Part shown: in pieces, positions 25,370-34,375 of the stretch
Layout of the letters: every line of letters starts with the position of its first letter
How positions within the stretch are numbered: the stretch's first letter is position 1
UHGV virus genome: UHGV-0268713
DNA from: a virus
DNA: 34,690 bases
Direction: 5' to 3' (one strand)
The notes under the pieces: generated by a model
Databases searched by the model: none
Told to the model about the DNA's origin: nothing
The model's input: only the letters and a program-made list of their open reading frames with translations
Position numbers and translations under genes: made by a program

Positions 25370-28086
25370 TGCCTGTTGTTCCTACTACATCCGGACGCCA
25401 GGTGCAAAGTCGTGGTGTGCAAACCGGTGGTTTTCAGACCTTCGATGTTCCTCAAGCAGGTCAGGTGCTGGCGAATGTCGCAGATCAGTATGCGGTGGCA
25501 TATGGTGAAGCCAGGCAGAAAGCGAATGTTGCATTGTCTCAGGATGCCATCCTTCAGCTTAATCAGCGCAGCAATGAACGTCTTTATAACCCTCAAACCG
25601 GTTTTTATGCACAACAAGGCAAAAATGCGATTGGTAAGGGGCAAGAGTACATATCTGGATTTGATCAGGATGTGGAAGAAATAGCTGCTTCATTGACTGA
25701 TGAAGCAGCAAGAAATATGTTTTTGCAACAAGCCAGAACACAGAAAATTCAGTTCAGTACTGGAGTTCTCAGACATGAGATAGGGCAGACAAATGCCTAT
25801 GAAGATGAGCAATATCAGGCAACGAGAAAATTATGGATACAAAATGAAGCGGATGCCTGGAATGACCCGCAAACTGCCACTTTAGCCAGAAATTCCAGAA
25901 TGGTAGCCATTGCCAGATATGGAGCTGCCAGGGGATGGTCACAAGAACGCATTCTGGAAGAAATAGAAAGTGATGATCGCAGTGCCACAGAAATGCGGGC
26001 GAAGAATTATGCCGCTGCCAATCCAGAAGGATGGCTAAATGGTCTGTTTCAGAAAAATGATTCTGGAGGCATGGACATGCGTGCCATACGCCTTGTTGAA
26101 TCAGGTGATCGACATTTTAATCCTGATGGTAGTCTTCTTGAGGGACCGATAACATCTTCTGGAGAGAGAGCCCAGGGGAAATACCAGTTAATGCCGGGCA
26201 CAGGAAAAGAACTGGCGGCCAAGCGTGGCGTTGAATACAACCCTACGGACGAACAACAGCATGAAATGCTCGCCAGTGACTATGTAAATCAACTGTATGG
26301 TAAGTACGGTTCCGAAATATTGACCGGAGCAGCATATAACTGGGGGATGGGTAACGTGGATAAACTGATCGCCAAAGTCGGTGATCCACGTAAAGGTGAA
26401 ATATCAGAAGAAGAATTTATCCGAAATCTTCCATCAGAAACACAAGGGTGGCTTTCCCGATATAGAAAAAATAAAACTGCAATGGATCCGCTGACTATTT
26501 ATCAAATAGATAACCTTGCTAATAGTCAGATAGAAAAGCAAAGGAAGTTAATATTAGAACAGCTTGAGCCAGCTATTAATAACACCATGGCCCAGCTATA
26601 TAACGGTGAGGTTCCAGATTATATACCGGCTCAGGAGACCATCATCAGGGGGTATGGAAAAAACGCAGATAAAATAATCAATCAACTGGATATAGCGATT
26701 GATAACGCGAGAATATTCCAGGCAATTCAGTATTTGCCTCCTTCTCAGCAGCAAGAAGAAATGCAGAAAGTGAAGCCTGAGGTTAACGATCCTCACTATG
26801 CGTTAAAACTCGATGCTTACGGAAAATTGTCTGCATTGCTTCAGAGATCAAATGAAGCAATTCAGGCGCAACGGGATTCACGCAGATTCAATGAGGCGCT
26901 GACAATAGGTGAAAAATTAGACCCAAGCAACAAGTCAATGCAGAAAGCTGCTGATTACACAGAAATGGCGCAGAACTTTCGTATTAATGATGCCTCCACT
27001 CATGATGGGGTTGTTCGGCTTGTGGCTCAGACTGGCATAATGCCTTCGCAGGTCATCACGCAGCTTTCAGCAGTATCCCGATCCAGCAATCAGGAAGTGG
27101 TTAAAAATGCGTCGGAACTGTTTAGTCGGTTATATGAAACAGACAATGCATCTATTGGAAATATGCCGAAGGATATGCAGGGTTTTTATCTGACTGTTAA
27201 GCAACTAACTGATTCTGGCATGTCTGCTGATGCGGCTATCGAGCAGGCGCAGAACCTTACGTACAACCAGACCGATGCTCTTAAAGCTCAATTGGCATCA
27301 ACGCAGAGTTCAAAAGAGTACAAAAATGATCGCAGCAAGGCGATGAATTCTGCTGTCAGCAATATGGCGCAGTGGTTCCGTTGGGATCCGTCTGCGGATG
27401 ACCAGACGCCGGAAGCAGCTAGATTCCGTAATGACTATCAGACGCTGTATGACATTAACTACCGCGTTGCTGGTGGTAACGCTGACGTAGCGAAGCAAAT
27501 GACCAACCAGCAGATAGCCCGCACCTGGAGTATCAGCGAGGTTAACGGAGAAGCGCAGTTTATGAAATATGCACCGGAGGCGCTTTATCAATATGGGCCG
27601 TCAGGCTGGCAGGCGGCGCAGTGGAAAGCTGAAAAAGAACGGCTGATGTACGGTGAGCGCAAAGAGATTATAACAACCAGCCCGACGTTGCTTGGGATCA
27701 CGTCAGGTAATGCTCCTGTAGTTGAGACAAAAACCCCTGAGAGTCGTATTAATGGAGAATTATTCATAACCCCTGACGTGTTAACACCCCGTAATGGTGA
27801 TTACGCCATTATGGTAAGAACTAAGGATGAAAATGGCATCGATCGGGTCCAGCCGTTTTATAACAAACATGGGCGTCCTATGCGTTGGGAACCATCACTA
27901 GAAGATTGGGAACCCTATAAGAAAATGCAGCAGGAACGGGAGCAGTACGAGCAGGAAGAAATTATGCGTGGACAGGCTATACGAAACTTCAAAGACAAGC
28001 ATCGCGCTCTGGATGAGCAGTATCAGCGCCTGCATAACGAACGTATGGATAAATTTAAAGATTACTTTTCGTGGGGATCTAAATAA
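25369..28086 (+). CDS. Internal core/ejection protein with lytic transglycosylase (SLT) domain
   Basis: 905 aa; GKYQLMPGTG ... AAYNWGMGNV matches the SLT-domain signature (GLMQ/AYNxGxGxV-type). Confidence 0.7.
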   Translation: MPVVPTTSGRQVQSRGVQTGGFQTFDVPQAGQVLANVADQYAVAYGEARQKANVALSQDAILQLNQRSNERLYNPQTGFYAQQGKNAIGKGQEYISGFDQDVEEIAASLTDEAARNMFLQQARTQKIQFSTGVLRHEIGQTNAYEDEQYQATRKLWIQNEADAWNDPQTATLARNSRMVAIARYGAARGWSQERILEEIESDDRSATEMRAKNYAAANPEGWLNGLFQKNDSGGMDMRAIRLVESGDRHFNPDGSLLEGPITSSGERAQGKYQLMPGTGKELAAKRGVEYNPTDEQQHEMLASDYVNQLYGKYGSEILTGAAYNWGMGNVDKLIAKVGDPRKGEISEEEFIRNLPSETQGWLSRYRKNKTAMDPLTIYQIDNLANSQIEKQRKLILEQLEPAINNTMAQLYNGEVPDYIPAQETIIRGYGKNADKIINQLDIAIDNARIFQAIQYLPPSQQQEEMQKVKPEVNDPHYALKLDAYGKLSALLQRSNEAIQAQRDSRRFNEALTIGEKLDPSNKSMQKAADYTEMAQNFRINDASTHDGVVRLVAQTGIMPSQVITQLSAVSRSSNQEVVKNASELFSRLYETDNASIGNMPKDMQGFYLTVKQLTDSGMSADAAIEQAQNLTYNQTDALKAQLASTQSSKEYKNDRSKAMNSAVSNMAQWFRWDPSADDQTPEAARFRNDYQTLYDINYRVAGGNADVAKQMTNQQIARTWSISEVNGEAQFMKYAPEALYQYGPSGWQAAQWKAEKERLMYGERKEIITTSPTLLGITSGNAPVVETKTPESRINGELFITPDVLTPRNGDYAIMVRTKDENGIDRVQPFYNKHGRPMRWEPSLEDWEPYKKMQQEREQYEQEEIMRGQAIRNFKDKHRALDEQYQRLHNERMDKFKDYFSWGSK

Positions 28087-31000
28087 TGCCAGTTTATGCA
28101 CAAGCTGAAGATCTTAATAACGGACTGATCCCGTCAGGTAATGTTTTGCCGGAACAAACTGGGTTTGATGTTGCCCTTCCGGAAGGGGCTAATCCTGAGC
28201 CATTGCCACCTGAGCCTTCCGTATGGGGGGCTGCAATGCGACAGAACAATATTCTGTCTGGTTTTTTCCGCCCAGCCAGACAGTTTGAACCGGTCGAGGG
28301 TTATAACCCATATGCTGATAAAAATGAGTTGCACGGTTATGAATACTGGGGGGCGAAATTTGCAGATTCCCGATCGCCAGAGGAAACGGCGTGGATTAAG
28401 CAGCAGATAGATGATGAAAATGAAGACAGACGTTTATTGTCTGATGCTGGCGTAGTTGGAACCCTTGCCAGTATTGCTGCGGGAATGGATCCGGTTACTG
28501 TTGCGTCAATGTTTATTCCCGGTGCTCAAGGAGGGGCACTGGCGCGTATTGGCTCACAGATTGCGATTGGTGCTGCCGGTACAGCATTAAGCGAGGTTGT
28601 ACTGAATAATCAGCAAATAACACGCTCATGGGGTGAAAGTGCCGCTCACGTTGCAGCGGGTGCGATGATGAGCGGCGTGTTTGCCAGTGCTGGTGTTGCG
28701 CTTTCGCCATCCGTCCGGGCTGCAGCCACACGTGAGGTTGCTGATGCTCTTGATAATATGAGCATTACATCAGCGACTGACAGGGCTGCCGCTTCGCTTT
28801 CCGATGGTGGTAGTGTTGGTGCTATGAAAATTGATACAGCGACTCTGGATGATTTAACCCCTGTTTCCGGTGGGTGGGTTGGAAAGGCTGCATGGAAAGC
28901 AGGGAGCTATCTTACTCCTTTGACAAGGTTAATGGAGTCTCCGTCCAAGACGGTGCGAAAAACAACGCTGGAGTTAGCCGAAAATAATTTCACCCTTAAA
29001 GGAAATGAAAGGGGGATTGAAACACCGGTAGCTGTAGAAACCCGTACACGTGGATGGCAGCGTGAAGAAGCTGCTGTTGTTGTCGGAAATAAACAGGCAT
29101 ACGCAAAGTATAAAGCTGATGGTGGTGACATGAGTTTTGATTCATTTCGTCAGCAGGTTGGGAATGCTATGCGAAGCGGTGATGTGCATGCTAATCCTGT
29201 TGTTCAGGAAACGGCGCAGGCGATGCGAACTGTATTAAATCGGGTGAAAGTTGAAATGCAAAAGCTTGGTTTATTGCCGCCAGATGAAGAACTGAAAGCA
29301 TTAGGCCAGGCAAGCTATTTCCCACGCATATATAAAGTTGGAAAAATAATCAGTGAACGCGATAAATTTCGACGTATTTTGGTTGGCTGGTGGTCGAGAG
29401 GAAATAAAACACTGGATCCTGAGGATGCTGAAATTGCAGCGGATATCGTAATTAATAAAATTACTGGTGCTAAGGTTCCACAGGATTTTGTCAGCGTATT
29501 TTCTGTAAAAGCCGCAGGTAGTACGAAAGAAAGAACATTAAATGTTCCTGATAGTCTTATCAGGGATTATCTTGAAAGTGATGTGAATTACGTGCTGCAA
29601 CGTCATATCCGTGAAGCGGCAGCAGAAATTGAGTTGACGAGAACATTTGGCAAACGAACTATGACTGAGCGTCTGCAATTAATTGAGGACGAATATGACA
29701 GTCTGTTACGGGAAGTGCCTGAAAAAATAAAGGCGAAATATGACGAAAGTGTGGCAAATCTGAAAGCACGTTATGAGAGCAATGGTGAAGTTGTTCCTCA
29801 GGGTAAACTCGATTCATTAATGCGAAAGTACGAAAAGGAATTACGGAAAGAACAGTCCAGACTTTCAAAATCAAGAGCAAATGATCTCAGAGACATAACA
29901 GCATTACGCGATCGTCTTGTTGGTACATATGGTATGCCTGATGATCCGTCTTCGTTTTTTGTTCGTGCTGGCGCTTTTCTGCGGGATGTGAACTTCACGA
30001 CCAAACTCGGTGGAATGACAGTATCAGCTATTCCAGATCTGGCCAGAGGGGTTATGGTTAATGGTTTCCGTAACACCATGAAAGGCTATGCTTCTCAGAT
30101 ATCCCAATCACCGGCATTTAAGGCCAGCAAAGAAGAGATGTTGAAGATGGGGATTGGATTGGAAGCTGTACTACATTCACGTTCTCGTGCAATTGGTGAT
30201 CTTGTTGACAGTTCTTCCAGGACAACAGCAGTCGAAGCAGGAATGGAGCGAATTACTGATGCCTTCGGCAAGCTGACACTCATGGATCGATTTAATGACA
30301 TAAACAAATCCATGAACGGAATGCTCACGTCAGACGGTATTTTGTCTGGTGCGTTTTCTGCACGTCGCATGGCAAAACTCGGTATCAACGACAATATGGC
30401 TGCGCGTATTCGCAGTGAGTTCGAGAAACATGGTGAGGTAATTGATGGATGGCACATTGGTAACTTTGATAAATGGGACGATCAGTACGTTGCCGGAGTA
30501 TTCCAGTCAGCGGTTCTGAAAGACGTTAATAACACTATCATCACCCCCGGTATTGGTGACACACCTTTATGGGCGAGTACTCCAATGGGGCGAACGATAT
30601 TTCAGTTTAAATCATTCACAACGGCTTCATACAACCGTGCGCTACTTGGTGGGTTACAGGAAGGAACTGCGCAATTTTATTATGGCACTGCATTTCAGAT
30701 TGCTCTTGGCTCACTGGTCTATGCGCTAAAAGAAGCATCGAAAGGGAAAAATGTTGACTGGTCACCAGAGAAGCTGGTGCTTGAGGGTATAGATAGATCC
30801 GGTATTCTTGGGCCATTGATGGAATATAACAACATGGCTGAAAAGGCTACTGGTGGTGCTGTTGGGCTGGGGGCTTTATTTGGCACTGGCACACAGTCTA
30901 GGTATGCCAGTCGTGGATTCGTAGGATCTCTATTCGGACCGTCATTTGGTCTTGCGGATAGCATCATTGATGTGACCGCAGGAGTGTTGAATGGTGATGC

Positions 31001-31100
31001 CGGTGATCGTATTGTGCATAATGTCCGAACCCTGATACCAGGCAATAACCTGTTCTGGATTGCGCCACTAATAAACCAGTTGGATCCGGTGATGCGGTGA
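28086..31100 (+). CDS. Large internal core/ejection protein
   Basis: 1004 aa, directly after the SLT-domain protein; composition is unlike a beta-helical tailspike. Confidence 0.6.
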   Translation: MPVYAQAEDLNNGLIPSGNVLPEQTGFDVALPEGANPEPLPPEPSVWGAAMRQNNILSGFFRPARQFEPVEGYNPYADKNELHGYEYWGAKFADSRSPEETAWIKQQIDDENEDRRLLSDAGVVGTLASIAAGMDPVTVASMFIPGAQGGALARIGSQIAIGAAGTALSEVVLNNQQITRSWGESAAHVAAGAMMSGVFASAGVALSPSVRAAATREVADALDNMSITSATDRAAASLSDGGSVGAMKIDTATLDDLTPVSGGWVGKAAWKAGSYLTPLTRLMESPSKTVRKTTLELAENNFTLKGNERGIETPVAVETRTRGWQREEAAVVVGNKQAYAKYKADGGDMSFDSFRQQVGNAMRSGDVHANPVVQETAQAMRTVLNRVKVEMQKLGLLPPDEELKALGQASYFPRIYKVGKIISERDKFRRILVGWWSRGNKTLDPEDAEIAADIVINKITGAKVPQDFVSVFSVKAAGSTKERTLNVPDSLIRDYLESDVNYVLQRHIREAAAEIELTRTFGKRTMTERLQLIEDEYDSLLREVPEKIKAKYDESVANLKARYESNGEVVPQGKLDSLMRKYEKELRKEQSRLSKSRANDLRDITALRDRLVGTYGMPDDPSSFFVRAGAFLRDVNFTTKLGGMTVSAIPDLARGVMVNGFRNTMKGYASQISQSPAFKASKEEMLKMGIGLEAVLHSRSRAIGDLVDSSSRTTAVEAGMERITDAFGKLTLMDRFNDINKSMNGMLTSDGILSGAFSARRMAKLGINDNMAARIRSEFEKHGEVIDGWHIGNFDKWDDQYVAGVFQSAVLKDVNNTIITPGIGDTPLWASTPMGRTIFQFKSFTTASYNRALLGGLQEGTAQFYYGTAFQIALGSLVYALKEASKGKNVDWSPEKLVLEGIDRSGILGPLMEYNNMAEKATGGAVGLGALFGTGTQSRYASRGFVGSLFGPSFGLADSIIDVTAGVLNGDAGDRIVHNVRTLIPGNNLFWIAPLINQLDPVMR

Positions 31101-31111
31101 GTTAAACGCCT

Positions 31112-31723
31112 TTAGCATGATTCAGGGGAAACCCCAATATTAAATATGAGTGACTCCCCTGAATCAGCATAATAATGTAATATTATTGACTTACGTTGTT
31201 TTCTTGCTTCGTAGAATAAACGCTCTTGCGGCGATAATTTGTGAAAACTGCCGGATGCACAATATATGTTTTTTAACTTTTCGCTGGTTGCTTTTATTGT
31301 ATCTTCTGAGATGTATTTTAGGTATTTATCCGTATAGATGTTGCTACTATAAGAAATTAATGTTTTGCTGTTGTTGTGATGTATTGTATTTTTATCGTTG
31401 AAGTCTGTATTTTTATTTACTGTCATTAGGTTTTTAATGATTACATGTAATGCAATAGTCTCCCCATCATCAATTCCATATTTGATGTCATAGTCAGTAT
31501 ATTTATTTGTTATACCGCTTCCTGATAGCGGCACTATGTACTCTGAGAAAAATGAGTTTGCCGCGTGACCATCAAGAGCAATAGCAGTTTTTTTGTGGTA
31601 AAAATAAAACAATATTGAGAGAGTCAAAATAATAGCGACGCCTAATGCAACCTTTAATATAGATATGGTTTTCAAAATATCGCTCCTTGTTGTAACATAC
31701 ATCAGTAATGTGGCGTTTTTCAA
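31112..31723 (-). CDS. AT-rich single-pass membrane protein (candidate superinfection-exclusion or lysogenic-conversion protein)
   Basis: Strongly AT-rich versus the rest of the window; N-terminal hydrophobic segment ILKTISILKVALGVAIILTLSILFYFY; directly downstream of the Mnt-like gene on the same strand. Start ambiguous (TTG 31723 or ATG 31702). Confidence 0.55.
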   Translation of the reverse strand: MKNATLLMYVTTRSDILKTISILKVALGVAIILTLSILFYFYHKKTAIALDGHAANSFFSEYIVPLSGSGITNKYTDYDIKYGIDDGETIALHVIIKNLMTVNKNTDFNDKNTIHHNNSKTLISYSSNIYTDKYLKYISEDTIKATSEKLKNIYCASGSFHKLSPQERLFYEARKQRKSIILHYYADSGESLIFNIGVSPESC

Positions 31724-31765
31724 TTGTATTAAAGACGTGTAATATGTACACGCCTTTTGTTCTTC

Positions 31766-32197
31766 CTATTCAGGTATTTCAATTCCAAAACCATCTGCAT
31801 CCCATGAGTTTTCACAGATGATGTAACCTAGTTCATTGAGCTTATTAAATGTTTTTTCAAAGATGATCTGGTAATCATTATCTGCAAGTGATTCCAGTTC
31901 AAGGTCATTAAGGTTTATATAAAAACTTGTATGTCCAAGTGTTATTTTTTTATTGATTTCATTAAAAGTTCTTTTGAAAATAATATTTGATATTTCATGC
32001 CGTGCATTGTTTGCAATAATTTTTGCTTCATAAGCAGAAATTACGTCATCTTCATGAATATCTTTCAGAAAGCTGGTGTCAAGACGTTGTACTATTTCAG
32101 CGTTCATTGATCGCTTATTGGCTTTTGCAGAAATTTCTATTTTTTCTTTTACTTCAACGGGAAGTCTGATCCTTAGTTGTGGATCTTCTCTGCTCAT
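31766..32197 (-). CDS. Mnt-like ribbon-helix-helix repressor fused to a C-terminal domain of unknown function
   Basis: ATG at 32197 with a GGTGAAG Shine-Dalgarno. N-terminus MSREDPQLRIRLPVEVKEKIEISAKANKRSMNAEIVQRL closely parallels P22 Mnt (MARDDPHFNFRMPMEVREKLKFRAEANGRSMNSELLQIV, recalled from memory). The remaining ~100 aa are AT-rich-encoded with no recognised domain. Confidence 0.7.
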   Translation of the reverse strand: MSREDPQLRIRLPVEVKEKIEISAKANKRSMNAEIVQRLDTSFLKDIHEDDVISAYEAKIIANNARHEISNIIFKRTFNEINKKITLGHTSFYINLNDLELESLADNDYQIIFEKTFNKLNELGYIICENSWDADGFGIEIPE

Positions 32198-32243
32198 GTT
32201 CTTCACCAAATATTGAGTTACTTGCAATGATTGAAGTATGCCT

Positions 32244-32303
32244 CACCGTGTGCTTGACATCAATGACGCACGGTGTGACAATTGTTTTGCCCCACGGTGG
32301 GGC
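32244..32303. promoter_or_regulatory. immI-like divergent promoter/operator region
   Basis: TTGACA (32255-32260), 17-nt spacer, GACAAT (32278-32283) reading rightward; flanking inverted repeat CACCGTG (32244-32250) / CACGGTG (32269-32275); palindrome GCCCCACGGTGGGGC (32289-32303), whose core CCACGGTGG resembles the P22 Mnt operator as recalled. Confidence 0.45.
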
Positions 32304-32317
32304 TAAGGAGATATGAA

Positions 32318-32485
32318 ATGCAAAAAGCAAAAGAGATGTGTCAACGACGAGTTCGTTTTCCGGACGATGTGAAGTTAGCTATTGAAAGAAATGGCGAAAA
32401 AGAATGCCGAAAGTTCAATACAGAGATTATCTATCAGCTGAGGAAAGTGTATGGACTCACTGGTGAGAAGAATAGCGTGGCATAA
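32318..32485 (+). CDS. Arc-like ribbon-helix-helix repressor
   Basis: ATG at 32318 with an AAGGAG Shine-Dalgarno; 55 aa; RVRFPDDVKLAIERNGEKECRKFNTEIIYQL fits the Arc/Mnt RHH pattern; immediately upstream of the antirepressor. Confidence 0.6.
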   Translation: MQKAKEMCQRRVRFPDDVKLAIERNGEKECRKFNTEIIYQLRKVYGLTGEKNSVA

Positions 32486-32557
32486 AACAGCGAAGCCCAA
32501 CGGTGGCCAGACCGTCAGGGCTTCAGTATCGTAAAACTACGTATAGGAATTAACGAC
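32483..32557 (-). ncRNA. Candidate sar-like antisense RNA covering the antirepressor ribosome-binding site
   Basis: Minus-strand sigma70-like promoter TTGATA (32592-32587), 17 nt, TATACT (32569-32564); hairpin GAAGCCC-N19-GGGCTTC (32492-32524) followed on the minus strand by GCTGTTTTA. Predicted transcript of about 70 nt. Confidence 0.3.
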
Positions 32558-33502
32558 ATGACGAGTATAGCAACAGCGGTATCTACTATCAACGTGCCAT
32601 TCCACGGCGCAGAACTTTATGTTGTCAATCACAACGGAGAACCGTACACCCCAATGAAACCTATCGTTGAAGGCATGGGTATGGATTGGGCTTCACAGTT
32701 TACGAAAATGAAGCAGCGGTTTAAAACCTGCATTGTGAAAATCACAATGCAGCTTCCTGGGGATGAACAGCGCCGTGAGATTATTTGTTTGGCACTTCGC
32801 AAACTTGCTGGCTGGTTGCAAACCATCAGCCCTAACAAAGTCCGCCCTGAAATCCGCGACAAGGTAATCCAGTATCAGGAAGAGTGTGACGATGTGCTCT
32901 ACGAGTACTGGACTAAAGGCCATGTGGTTAACCCACGCAAAGCTAAAAAGGCGTTGCCGGGTAAAATAACCACTGAACAGCAGGAAGCCATTAAACAACT
33001 CGTCATGAGTCGCGGTCAGTCTCTACCAAAAGAAAAACAGGCTAAGGCGATGATCACCATGTGGTCGTCACTGAAATCTCATTTTGGCTGTTCGTACAAA
33101 GAAATTGGTGAAGATCAATTTGCCGAAGCGTTGTCTCTTGTTGCTCGGGTTCCGCTTGAAGGGGAGTATCTCCCTGCTGGATCTGCATCAGAGAATGATG
33201 AAGTGGCAGTCAAGATGTTAGATGCGCTTCGTGAGGCAATTAAAACACAGACAAAATGTTATGGTTATCCACTGAAGCCCGGCTACCGCAGCCTGATTCA
33301 TTCGCCGTCTGGTGTTCTCGGCCTGACGGAGAACTCACTGCTGATGAATTTGCTGAACCAGTTACAGGAAGACGGGCATGACGTATCGGGCGCGGCGGCG
33401 GAACTGACCACCATGTTCTGCTACATCGTCGGTGTGAGTAAATGCCTGCGTGATATCCAGACCCACGCGGAGTACATCAACGACAAGGCAGGGTTCTTCT
33501 GA
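32558..33502 (+). CDS. Antirepressor paralog 2 (AntA-like N-terminal domain plus KilAC-type C-terminal domain)
   Basis: 314 aa; its C-terminal ~75 aa are identical in protein to antirepressor 1; sits downstream of the arc-like gene as in P22 immI. Confidence 0.85.
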   Translation: MTSIATAVSTINVPFHGAELYVVNHNGEPYTPMKPIVEGMGMDWASQFTKMKQRFKTCIVKITMQLPGDEQRREIICLALRKLAGWLQTISPNKVRPEIRDKVIQYQEECDDVLYEYWTKGHVVNPRKAKKALPGKITTEQQEAIKQLVMSRGQSLPKEKQAKAMITMWSSLKSHFGCSYKEIGEDQFAEALSLVARVPLEGEYLPAGSASENDEVAVKMLDALREAIKTQTKCYGYPLKPGYRSLIHSPSGVLGLTENSLLMNLLNQLQEDGHDVSGAAAELTTMFCYIVGVSKCLRDIQTHAEYINDKAGFF

Positions 33503-33540
33503 CAGAACGGCGGCACAGGGATGTGCAAAACGGAACTATC

Positions 33541-33552
33541 GTGACATGTCAC
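33541..33552. promoter_or_regulatory. 12-bp perfect palindrome GTGACATGTCAC, copy 3
   Basis: Exact 12-mer, immediately 5' of a terminator hairpin. Confidence 0.4.
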
Positions 33553-33578
33553 AGGCCGCTTTCGCGGCCTTGTTTTTA
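33553..33578 (+). terminator. Rho-independent terminator after antirepressor 2
   Basis: AGGCCGC-TTTC-GCGGCCT followed by TGTTTTT. Confidence 0.6.
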
Positions 33579-33737
33579 ACGAATGCCACCGCCGCCAGGG
33601 CGGGAATCCGCAGAACGCCCACCGCAGCGGGAGCCGTCAGCGGCAGTATCGCTGTCGTGCTGACAACGACCGGCAAAGGCCTGAGTTGAAGCTACCAGAG
33701 ACAACAAAACGAACAGTGCAGCAAATGCTTTTTTCAT
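33576..33737 (-). CDS. Candidate small secreted peptide (53 aa with signal peptide)
   Basis: MKKAFAALFVLLSLVASTQAFA looks like a Sec signal peptide with an AxA cleavage site; the predicted mature 31-aa peptide is Gly/Arg-rich with two Cys. Upstream promoter-like TTGACG, 16-17 nt, TATAGA; no clear Shine-Dalgarno. Confidence 0.3.
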   Translation of the reverse strand: MKKAFAALFVLLSLVASTQAFAGRCQHDSDTAADGSRCGGRSADSRPGGGGIR

Positions 33738-33807
33738 TGTGAAATTTCCATCTATAAGCCACCTCAATGTGGCGTCAATGAGTGTAGCACTGACTTTTGT
33801 TTCGTCC

Positions 33808-33830
33808 ACAAAAAAGCCCGCGCTGCGGGC
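33808..33830 (-). terminator. Rho-independent terminator for the accessory operon
   Basis: GCCCGC-GCT-GCGGGC hairpin (33816-33830) followed on the minus strand by TTTTTTGT. Confidence 0.55.
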
Positions 33831-34375
33831 TATTCCTTCCATTTATCAGAAAAAAGATCTTCTTCTAAAGGCATTGGTTCTGTTTTTGTTTTCTCAAAGA
33901 ATTGATAACTGATAGTGATTGCTGCCTCTTTAAACTCTTCTTGCTCAGTTATGTTGTGAGCATCTGCGTCAACAAAAAACATAACCAGCGCATCACGATT
34001 GTGATTTACCGAATAAACTAAAAAGCAATCACTTGTTGGTATGCATTTTACTTGTACAGACGCTATATTTTTCCATGCATCCCAAGATGATTTTTTACCA
34101 GTGTGTTTTTTATCACTATCTTCTGGAATATAGTCTTGGTTATCGACATGAGTATGCCTGACATTTAGTTTAAGCATTTCTGTCGGACGAGCAAATGCAG
34201 CATCTTTACCAAGAGATGGATGGTATCCCGTTTTCCAATACTGGGTAAAGGCATCAGATACTTTCTTCAGCTCAAGATCAGATGCACAAAGGGCCGAGAA
34301 ATTTTGCGTATGCAATACTCGACCCTTATATCTGACAATTTGATTTTTATCATTCTGCGACGCAGACGAACTCAT
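33830..34375 (-). CDS. Hypothetical protein (181 aa), AT-rich accessory gene
   Basis: ATG at 34375 with an AAGGA Shine-Dalgarno; low GC; no confidently recognised domain. Weak resemblance of HTH and LVY...H segments to YafO-type toxins is unverified recall. Confidence 0.55.
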   Translation of the reverse strand: MSSSASQNDKNQIVRYKGRVLHTQNFSALCASDLELKKVSDAFTQYWKTGYHPSLGKDAAFARPTEMLKLNVRHTHVDNQDYIPEDSDKKHTGKKSSWDAWKNIASVQVKCIPTSDCFLVYSVNHNRDALVMFFVDADAHNITEQEEFKEAAITISYQFFEKTKTEPMPLEEDLFSDKWKE

